Of a DNA stretch of 64,000 nt, positions 53,320-64,000 are shown piece by piece; within the stretch, counting starts at the first letter, position 1, and the number at the start of each line of letters is the position of its first letter. The translations under genes were made by a program, and so were the position numbers. The stretch covers positions 1,302,001 to 1,366,000 of the forward strand of contig CM035362.1 of NCBI GenBank assembly GCA_020137815.1. Reading direction: 5' to 3'. Origin of the DNA: Hormiphora californensis (taxonomy: Eukaryota; Animalia; Ctenophora). The notes beneath the pieces were generated by a model, which was given only the letters and a program-made list of their open reading frames with translations, made no database searches and was not told where the DNA came from.

Positions 53320-53534
53320 TATCTTGTGATGGTTGTCATTTTTCATAGACTCTGGAGGGTGCGAACATGTTAACCATAACCCAGGATGAGGCCCCCCTTT
53401 TCGGTGAGGTAGGTCCAGATTTCTGATTTTCAGCTGGTGTCCATCATGTTTTTTTTTTTTTTGATTTCCTTTCCTCCTTCCTTCCCTCGATTTTCTTCTT
53501 CTAGGAATGATCGTTCTTTCTTTTGTTCGGTGGA

Positions 53535-54045
53535 TTAGAATGTTTTTCTTGTTTTTTCTTTCTCTGCTCGCTCCTTTTGGGTGATTTTTAAATTTTCCTG
53601 TTGAGCTAGGACTGCAACAAGCAGCTCTTCAGTGATAAACTTTGAGAAACTATAGTCTGAGTCTGATGATATTTGAGGGTTGGTAAGGAGCCTCTGATGA
53701 ATTTTCTCCGTAATAGTGCCTAGTTGATCAGAAATCCCTGGAGTGGTTCGCATGAGTTATTAATAGCTCCAGCATTTCGATAATCCGACGGTGAATGCAG
53801 CGTATTCAAGCTGAGGTTCGTTCGAGGCGATATCACAAATCTGATTAATTTCAATCTCCCATTTCGCAACTTCATTCCTCACAAACTCGGCCTGGCCTTT
53901 CTCCGTACCAATGTATAAACCCAGGTAGCGCTGGCCCTGAGAAGTGATGTTTACATCAAGGATCATGGATCGAGCAGCTTCTTCAAACTCTGGTTTCACA
54001 ATCAGCCAGGATTTCCCTGGATTTGGAAGATATTTAGCCATAACC
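53535..54045 (-). mobile_element. Degenerate non-LTR RT fragment (CRE-like)
   Basis: PNPGKSWLIVK...ITSQGQRYLG...VAKW...YAAFTVGL. Confidence 0.6.
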
Positions 54046-55676
54046 TTTCTACCTACCAACAGGTTTTTACGGGCGCCGTTACGATCTGGGTGTTTTTTGG
54101 CCTGTTTACAGGTGCGTGCTGCCAAAAAAGTTGATTCACTAAAACGGCTCTAACCGCCAAAACACTCAACCGTTTTGGCTAATTCAAAGTTTATCTGGTA
54201 GGGAATGTCAAGGTCTAACCCCAACCCAAAACCCAACCCTAGCCCTAACCCTATTTTTTGCCCTAACCCTAATAAACCGTTTGTCAGCACTCACGAAACA
54301 CCCAGATTTTGACGCTGGCCGGTTTTTACGGCTATATTTTCAAACGCAACCTGCAACCACATGGCCAATTAGAGTAAACTAAACGGTAACTGATAGAGAA
54401 TCGATAGCCCTAAAGTCGGATTTTTTTGAAACTGTCGCACCCCTGAAATAACAAAATGTGTCATATCTCCGATTCCTGATAAGATAGCAAAATAGCAAAA
54501 TAGCCAATGCGGACTCCGCATTGGCTATTTTGACGTAGCGCGCCGATCAAACAAGAATTATTGCATTATGTATTCATAATGCGGTGTTTCCCTGCCACGA
54601 ATGGGTGTAAAATTGATGACTAAGCTTCAAAACCGGATTTCCTGATGAATTTTTCACTCGGCTTATACGATGTTGGTTGCTATGGTATCCAGGGTTGTTG
54701 CTATGGTAATCAAAGCAGTTGCTATGACCAAGACAGTTGCTATGATAACCAAGGCAGTCATGCTTAGGAGACCCTGGTTGGTTACCAAGTGCTTTAACTT
54801 TACTCTCGCTCATCTTAACTCGAGTCACTTGCAATTATTGTGTGATAGTAGTTTCATGATTGGAACACTTGCGACCATGTCATGGCACGGCTGTAGGGTA
54901 CCCAAAGTGATTTGATGTGAAAGTAGGAAGTGATACGAGTGAATAATTGCGCACCACAATGCATGTTAATCATTTCCTTTGTTGCACCATCAAAGTGTGA
55001 GTTGAAAGTTTTATGAAGGAGCAGCCTTTGTTACTACGTGTAACGGTGGACAGACGGACGGACGGACATTTAGTTAACTACACAATCTGCTGATTTCTAA
55101 ACCCTGAATGATCTTTTTAGCACGTGCGTGCTAAAAACATCATCCCGGGTGAATACCCTTCGGGCATTCACCCGGGCAGGGAAAAAATACTGCGACGGCA
55201 AAAAACCTGTGTGGCGCGCGGATTTCACTTAAAATCTCATTTGAAACATCAAATTTTTAGAAAAATTGAGTATTGACCCTTTTCCTTGGCATACGTTGCA
55301 GGCCCCTATAATATAATATATTGCGGGGGTGCGCGCATGAGGGGGCTGCAGCGCATTCCAACCCTTTTCCTTGAATTTTTTCTTTTTCTCTCCGTGATCC
55401 AAAGTAAAAATGCGGACGTGTCCGCATCGTCCGCATGGCAGAGCCGCCCCTGCGCCCCGTGGGAAAGTTTTCGACCGTGGGAAAGTTTTCGAACCGTGGG
55501 AAAAGAGAGATATATACAAATACAAAAATAATTATTTTTTTAAAGTGTATGTATCTATATTTTCCCACGGTTCGAAAATTTTCCCACGGTCAAAAAGTTT
55601 CCCACGGGTGCCCTGAAGCCGAAGGAGTTATACAGTTGGCCTGCCCGTTTGGCTTCCGCCCAGTAAGGCCAAGGAT

Positions 55677-56183
55677 AGGGATCCCTAAAAAAGTTCAGTA
55701 TTTACACAGCGTTTACACGAAGAAAGAAAGAAAGAAAGAGAAAGAGAAACAGCAATCCGACACCGGGGTCTCAGACAGCGTTTACACAGTCGTTACACCC
55801 AGAGCGCCCGCGCCGCTCTGGGTGTAAAGACTGCGTCTTTCGCACTCGATTTGCAGCGTTTTCGGAAACTTTTTTCGCCGCAGCGCTCAATTTATATTAC
55901 TCAATTGTGCAGCACACAATCCGATATTTTCTTGGAAAAAACCGCAAAACGCAGCACGCGCCGCTCTGGGTGTAACGACTGTGTAAAGACTGTGTAAACG
56001 CTGTGTAAATGAGGTCCCTCGGAAATGTTCAAGTCATGCACAATCAAGTCACGCCCACCAATCACAGCTCAGAATGCGCGAAGCACTCCGCGCGTTCTGA
56101 GCTGTGATTGGTGGGCGTGACTTGATTGTGCATGACTTGAACATTTCCGAGGGGCCTCATACTGAACTTTTTTAGGGATCCCT
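55677..56183. mobile_element. MITE (TIR AGGGATCCCTAAAAAAGTTCAGTAT) with a nested palindromic MITE at 56011-56158
   Basis: The right TIR is split by a GAGG...CCTC palindrome with AT duplicated. Confidence 0.75.
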
Positions 56184-56219
56184 ATATTTCTGGGTTTTCG
56201 CCTGTACTCGTAACCGACC

Positions 56220-56905
56220 CGTCTGGACGTGGATTAACTCATACCTTTGGCGTCTCCTCTGAAGGGACATGAGGTCAAGCGCCTCAAGACGCTGCCAGTA
56301 GTCCAGATCCTTCATCCCTTGGATCTTCAGGGTGAACGCCCGTTGGACGTTTTCCACCGCTTGAATATCTCCGATTTTGGTTGGATTCCAGACCAGGCAA
56401 CAGTATTCTAGTATGGGTAATGCCTTATACAAGGTTAGTAGTACTTCTGCTGACCTACTCCTGAATGCACAGAATATCCACCCTGAGATCATGTTAGCTC
56501 TCCTCACAATATCGCCAATATGATGAGTCCATGTACCATCTGCAGATAGCCAGACCCCCAGGTCTTTTACATGCTGCTCTGGATCGACCTCGGTTCCTCC
56601 CATTGTAACATAGGATAAAGTTTCTGCAGTGAAGGGTAGTTCTCTCAACAGCTTTGACCTACCAAGCGAACAGTTGATCAGTTGAAACTTATCTTCATGG
56701 AGTTTCATGTTGTTGTTGATTGACCACTGAGTCACACTTCCTAGGTCCTTTTGAAGTTCAGCCTGGGCAAGTAGTGTCCGTATTACTTGTATGAGTTTCG
56801 TGTCGTCCGCAAAAGACAAGGCGTCGGCACTTGACAAAGACTCCTTCAAGTCAATTACGTAGAAAATAAACAAGATAGGTCCCAGCACGCTTCCCTGGAT
56901 CACAC
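56220..56905 (-). pseudogene. LINE reverse transcriptase fragment (CR1/L2/Jockey group)
   Basis: QGSVLGPILF...FADDTK...KDLGV...LEYCCLVWNP...LMSLQRRRQRY. Confidence 0.9.
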
Positions 56906-57196
56906 GTGGGGTGGAAGTTTCGAAAAATCCGACTGCTCCTAACGGCAGCCCTAACCTGTATCGACTGCCGAAATCGATTGATTGTCGATTTGCAGCAGCA
57001 CAAGGCACCTTGTTTTGTTCAAACTTCAAAACATTTTTATTTTTCACCGTGCGGGGCCCCGACCCCCGTTTGAGCGTCCACTTTTAAACACGCTTTGAGG
57101 CATCCAGAATTTAATTAAGTCCACCACAATTAATTAAACATTATAACCCAAATGATTCCGACCTTTTTAGTTTAATTATCCGATGGAACACATCTT

Positions 57197-60100
57197 ATGA
57201 ACAAGAATGATGACACAGTTTTTGGTTCACTATCTTGGGTTGAATTAATCCCTGATTCTCCATCACCTGCATCTCGTGTTGGACACTCCCTAACATTCCT
57301 GGAAGGAAACCTCTACCTTTTTGGAGGGAAAAGTGAATATGCAGCAACAAATGAGCTCTATCAATACCACACGGTAGCAAATGTATGGACAAAACTGCAG
57401 CTGAGCGGTCCTTCTCCACCAAGACTCTTCCACCACTCTACCGTTTCTCATGATCGAAAATTGTTCGTATTTGGCGGGTCGCTACTTTCCCAGTTCTCCC
57501 TGTGGGTCTTTGATTTCGATGTTTATGAGTGGTCACGGTACAAAACTGCAGAAGAGGGTCCTATGAACAGACACTCTCACAGTACAGTTCAGAAGTCGGG
57601 GGTGGTGTATATGTTTGGTGGATATACACATATTGGTGCGGAGTCGGCGGAGCTGTGGACTTATAACTTGGGTATGTAGAACTTTTGTTCAATTGTAGTT
57701 TGTCTGTTGTGACCAAGTATAGAATATCAAAATTTTGCATCTGTTAGAATATAATCCACATATTTGAGGAGAAGAAGAGAACGATTTGTTATCACTCACA
57801 ATCAAATATCAACTGAGATCTAATTATGTTCACTAGTAAACCCGTTCGCCCTACGGGCGAGTTTCGCGGAAATGGTAGCTGGATTAGGAAATTAAACATT
57901 GATATCACCAGTCGAACTGTTGACATGCACTATCACTACGGTAACGTAGAAGGAGCTAAGGCGGGATCGCTGCGAGTTTTAGAACGTCAGAAGATGATTC
58001 CTCGCATTTCGTCTCAGAGATTGATCATCATTCATCGGTTCTGTTTAATCTCCAACGTCTTGTTCGTTCTCTCTGTACTTCTCTAATCTCTTGGTGTTGC
58101 TGCTTTAAAACCCATTAGTGTATGGAAAAGTAGAGAACGGCGGTCGGATCTTGCATGGGTAACTCCAATTGTCGCTGTCGTATATCAAACAGTAGTTGAA
58201 GAGAGCATTTAATAGCCGGAACAGTGACGCTAAACAAAGCAAGATAAGATGCACGTGCAACTGCAGTACAATAGTAACAATCCTTGGTAACGGCTCCCAC
58301 CCCTGGCCCCACTCCAGATGTTGTACTCCACCTCTAAACCTGCACGTGCAAAATGCCATATTTGGTTAAAAAAACGGGACACTGGATTTCCCTATTTGCT
58401 TTAATAATAGTATGATTGAAAATACTGAGTTCATGGTACGATTGCCACAGTTGATATTACATGATTCAATAAGTTTGAACAAACTGAAACAACCAATTGG
58501 TGGAAGAAGAAAACATTACATTAAGTTACTCTTAAAATTCCATACACAATAGACACCAGTTTGATGACTACAGCTATAGAATCTGAATGCACAGCAAACT
58601 TTAAACAGGTGATGAAGCTCTAATAACAGATGGGCTAACAGCAAGGGGGTTCGACACAACACGACTCTCAGATTCATACGTAGACCTCCTCCTACACACC
58701 ACGCTCCACCAAAATCTCCTGATAGCACGAATTCTAACAAAGTAGATCCCAGGATTAAGAACAGAGTTGAGGGGTATGGCAAGAAATATTGCACTCTTAT
58801 AGACATCACTCCACCAAGAGTTGGAAGGTTTTTCTCCGACTACATCTATCAGAGTTATTACGATAACATAACTGTTAAAGATGATCGAAGTAACAGCTAA
58901 AATTACAGAAGTTTTGATCGCCCGGATATGTGATGTCTCTTTTTTAGCCACAATCGCTGCTTCTTCAAGCTGTGATATCCTTCGCTTTGGGGCGATAATA
59001 GACGCAGAAAGTTTGATAACGGTTAGAGTTGTACTGGCAAAGAGGGTTGTTACGATTAAAATGAAGTCTGCGATTCTGATAAACTGTTCTACGTTCATGT
59101 ACGTGCGGTAGGGATCCTCATCACTTCTGTTGACAGCTGCAAACATGTAAATATCCCAATTGTAGGAGCGACTGAAAGCGTGTCGTATCACTAAAGAGAT
59201 AGTGTAGACTATCACAAAGATAACAATAGCAGTTTGATTGATCTGGTGGAATGGTTTCCATACCCCGATAGTCCTAATAATAGACAGTATACAAGTTGCA
59301 GCACCACTCAGTTCAGCAGCTGTCCTCTCGAAGACCAGAACCACGATGAAAGTAGCTGCCCCAACGTTGTACAGAGTGCTTCGTGGTGGATCTGTTCCCT
59401 CACTTTCATAAATATCGGACGATCGGAGCTCGTAGCGAATAAATATTTTCAGAAATGCCATCAAACATAGGATGGTGTCGATTGTGTTGAGAAAAAGCAA
59501 CAAACGATTACCAAACGATTTCTTTTTCCTGTGATAAAATACAACGTTAGAAACAAGAAGGGATGATGAAAATAATAACACAAGATCTGTATGGCCGCAC
59601 CATACCCCAGACAGCACAAGATCACACAATATCGCACTGCTCACACAATATCACACTGCACTACTCACACTGATCACACGTCATACTGATTACACTGCTC
59701 ACACAATATCACACTGATTGGCAAGATTTCACCTACCGTTCTTGTATGACAAAGTATATAAATGTAAGTGTATTTGTAAGGGTCCCAAAGATCCCTATAG
59801 CACCAGTAGCGTAAGTCCACCCAATGCCGTTTGATGTCAAAATAGTGTTGTTCATGTCATCTAGAGGTCCCTAATAAAGTTGTGAAATCTTGCAAAGGAG
59901 ATATACTGTAAAAAGTTGTATTGTGAAGGAGATATACTGTTAATCGGTTCCGTGTGGTGCAGTAGCTACCAAAAACCACATGGTTTCCGGTATGACGTGG
60001 CCGAAACTCTAAAGCTGATTGCGTTGCTAAGCGGCGTGAACTATATGTTAAGGCTAACACTTAATTAAAGTCGGATTTTTTGAAACTGTCACCCCCCTTT

Positions 60101-63034
60101 TCACGCGCGGCGTCGTATTTGCGCGTGACAGCCCCCACTTGCTCTCACTTTTCGGCAAAAAACCGCACATCATCGGAAAGAGCATAATTTTTTGAATCCG
60201 TAAAACTTTGGTTTGACGAAATTGGTCAAGAAACAAAGGCGTGAGAGCGAAAACAAGTTTCCGACGTGCAAATAAAAACTCGCACGCCACCCAGGGGGCG
60301 ACAGTTTCAAAAAATCCGACTTTAGGGATCCCAATCTTATAAAACTGATACATGATGGAACGACATGTACAAGAGAGCTATAAAACTGACAAAACAATTA
60401 CCGGGATCTCCTATATCTATCTATAATGTGTGTATAATGACAGCAACTTCAAGATACGACAGGTTGTACACACACTATATCTAGCTATCTAGCTAGATGA
60501 TGTAATGATATATCACACTAGATAATATAGGGACTATATATAGAGCTTTTTTGTGGGGATCAGTCTGCTCAACATGTGAGGTCTGAAGATCATTGATGTT
60601 CAGACCTCATGTGAAGCAGAATAGAAGCAAGAAGAAAAGCACAAAGAAGACAAATACTACTGGTCACGGTCTGTTGTGTGAGACAATTGAGATCAAGATG
60701 CAGAGATCGGTATCGGATAGTTAACGGAATGGCAACTTATCGTGAATGGTCAAATATTGAAAGAAGATATAATTTATTGTTTTCCCGATCTACTGATCCT
60801 AGTTAGTAAAAATCCCTCATGAAGGGGTCTGGGTGTTGACTCAGTGTGTTAATATACAATTTAAAATTGAACACCTTTTTGCAAATATAATATGAACTAT
60901 GCATGAGGACAATAATTATCACAAATAGTAGGACAGGGTGCGCTAGAACTTATAATATAGTAAAAGGGAAGGCGGCCTTTCAAAGGCTGTCAAGCCAAGG
61001 CAGCTCAGGCTGCTGTGCGTGAACGCTTCTTTGAAAGAATAGAGTGAGGTCAATGCTCTGACGGTTCAAAGGCCAACTAGCGATAATGAGGATAATTTTA
61101 TAGATAAACGCCAATTATAGTCTATTAAAATTATGGCTATGGCTATGTATGTTAAAATATGACATATTATGTCGACATATATGACATATATGTCATCTTT
61201 TAACATAAATAGCCATGGCCATAATGCTAATAGACTATAAATGAGGTGAACTACAGTTGCATGAGCCATAGTTGCATGAGCCATATATAGTTGTAGGTAA
61301 TCTATGAATGAACTTACCCAGTTTGGGTATTATATGCTCTCGGTATATCCATAGTGGGCTCATGATGCTCAATTTACAGAGTCGCAAATGTAAATTTATG
61401 GAATAATGCATGCGTAGTAGTATAGCGTAGTAGTATAGCGTTTGCTTACAAATTGAACGATTGGCAAATATCATGAATATATCAGTATCAAGAGTCAGAC
61501 TTGAGACTGCAACTAATGATGTAGAAATGATATATTGCAAGATCAGAAAGCAACAGGTGGGTACGACCAATGAGATACAGAGACCAGTATGGTAATTATC
61601 AGAATTGTGGCATCACAGGACCAGTTCATACAACCACAGAAGTATTTATATAGGAGCTGACTGCTGAGAAAGCGAAACGAAAAGCTGAGATAGACAGGGA
61701 GATAGAAAGACAGGGAGATAGAGGGGGAGATAGAGAGGGAAGTAGCTTGACTTTATTTACTAACCAAGAGATACTAAAACGGAGGTACATGCGCCTTCCT
61801 TTTGATACCATCGATCCCAGTGTCATTCGTCTTTGTCCTGGTATAATTTCATGTAATACTAACGACCATTATAAATGGTCGTTAGTCGCACAGAGGAAAC
61901 AGGAGAGAATGATGATTCAGAGACTTAGATGAAGGTATATCAATAGAGCGACTCACAAAATCGAATCATATCCTATCTTTATTATCGTATGTGATATACC
62001 TTACTTACTGTATATTAGCGAACCGTAAATTATCACTTCTAAAATTAACACGGTCGCTTGTAGTGGGAAAACGGTAATGGAAAACGAAGATACAGTAAGA
62101 CGACGCGCAACCGTGACCAATCAGGGCGCTAGTACGTGCTGACACATGAACTTTTTGCCGCGCGTTATGCACCGTGCGTGTCTCCTTACTGTATTTTCAT
62201 TACGGTAATTTGACTACAAGCAGCACTGTAAGAATAACAAAATTAAGAATTTTCTAGCGAAGAATATGACCAAAATTTGGATAAAAAGGCTAAAATACAA
62301 TCTATACTTGTTTCAAATTGCCATTGAAGCAAAGGGGTCAACCAAATCATTTACAACACTGTCACTACGTGCACTCTTCAACGCATCAATGATGCCAGCT
62401 GCTCTCCAGCCACTCTCCATGATACGCTTTCCCTTATCAGAGTGGAAGAAGTTGTAAAAAAAGGAACTCTAAAATTAAGAATAACAAAATTAAGAATATT
62501 TTTTGGCCATATTCTTAATTTTAGGTTCGCTAATATACAGTAAGTAAGGTATCCTATTTATAACTCCCTCATTCCCGCACTTTTATAATTTCCTTCCCAC
62601 AGACGATAACACATGGTTGGAGATAGAAAAGAAGAAAACTTGGCCAGCACCATCCTTTGGGCACACTGCAGTCCTATCAGGCAGTGTTATGTGGGTCTAC
62701 GGTGGGACTAGTGACCGGACTATTCAAGATACCCTGTGGAGCTTCGATACAGGTTCTCTTTCTATATTCACTAACTGATGACCTAGTCTTTAAATCACAC
62801 TAACGCAACATTTACAAAATATATTCAAGACGGTCACAAGCGATCTTAAAAACAAGATCGTAGAGCGGAGAGAGGAGAGAGGAGATAGAGAGAGCGAGAG
62901 AGAGCGAGAGAGGAGAGAGAGAGAGATAGCGAGAGCAGGAGAGAGAGAGATGCTATCGAGAGTCGAGAGCTAGAGCTAGCGCATCTCTCTATATCTATAT
63001 CGCAGAGCGCGGCTCTCCTATCTAATGCTACTCT

Positions 63035-63099
<65 letters not shown>

Positions 63100-63202
63100 C
63101 ATCCAACATGGTTATCGTTCCTTTGTTTTAGATTCCAGCAGATGGTGTACGGTAACGCGATCCTTCTCCCCACCGGGCCTCTATTATCACATCTCACTAG
63201 TG
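57197..63202 (+). CDS. Kelch-repeat protein, partial (continues past the last exon seen)
   Basis: Exons 57197-57671, 62603-62752, 63132-63202 join in phase; repeated P..R.GHS...LYLFGG...W motifs. Confidence 0.8.
57833..58415 (-). mobile_element. Non-autonomous Helitron, same termini as 37221-37854
   Basis: ACTAGTAAACCCGTTCGCCCTACGGGCGA and CTATTTGCTTTAATAATAGTATGAT ends. Confidence 0.8.
58601..59855 (-). CDS. Rhodopsin-like 7TM GPCR nested antisense in Kelch intron 1 (2 exons)
   Basis: Exon1 59855-59737 MNNT...GAIGIFGTLTNTLTFIYFV (TM1) joins in phase 2 to exon2 59528-58601 with LNTID, SIIRT and LNSVLNPGIY. Confidence 0.88.
61999..62549 (-). mobile_element. Internally deleted DNA transposon retaining a pogo-like transposase C-terminus
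   Basis: TA|CCTTACTTACTGTATATTAGCGAACC TIRs; minus strand ~62459-62313 reads FYNFF...GKRIMESGWRAAGIIDAL...DPF. Confidence 0.55.
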
Positions 63203-63428
63203 GTAAGTTGTGTCTCGGTGATCCCCGTTAAAAACTGGACGAACGGTGTTCACACAGTCAATCAATTGTTCAGTGGGACTGAATGACATCGCACAAGTCT
63301 TTGCCAAGATACATGTATAGAAAGTCCATGTGATGTCTTTGCCAAGATACGGATACTGTGATAGCATGTTTTTGAGGAATGTGTAGCACTATGCAGTATG
63401 TGTCTTATGTACTTGACCACTGAGAGTG

Positions 63429-63932
<504 letters not shown>

Positions 63933-64000
63933 CCTGTTTGTTCACATAGAGCACAGACGTAGCTTCGAGATCAGCTCTCAAGTGAGACATGATCTCTCTC

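Noticed and set aside
59529-59644. ORF-track N-terminus of the GPCR
   Set aside because: Intronic; a better TM1 exon at 59855-59737 splices in frame

Overview
Compact, repeat-rich animal genomic DNA with GT-AG introns and no prokaryotic features. The gene style suggests a ctenophore or similar invertebrate, but this is inference only. Hand-splicing gives a minus-strand GST exon, then ten co-oriented plus-strand genes: Gemin7, nSMase1/SMPD2, WDR83, three C2H2 zinc-finger loci, a divergent N-truncated actin-like gene, MICU2/3, RMDN and TSC1. A convergent FUNDC gene and a partial Kelch gene follow. Several intergenic gaps are only 61-480 bp, and most ATGs sit a few bases after an unpaired AG acceptor, often with a CTAAC branch-like motif, which suggests an SL-trans-spliced operon. 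Two antisense genes are nested in introns: a GPI-anchored Ly6/three-finger-like gene in RMDN and a 7TM GPCR in the Kelch gene. One ZNF locus has an ATG-less alternative zinc-finger cassette. Two minisatellites derive from gene boundaries (actin stop codon, MICU acceptor). Introns hold nested MITEs, Helitrons, LINE fragments and two kb-scale foldbacks in TSC1. All gene models were read by eye and lack transcript support.
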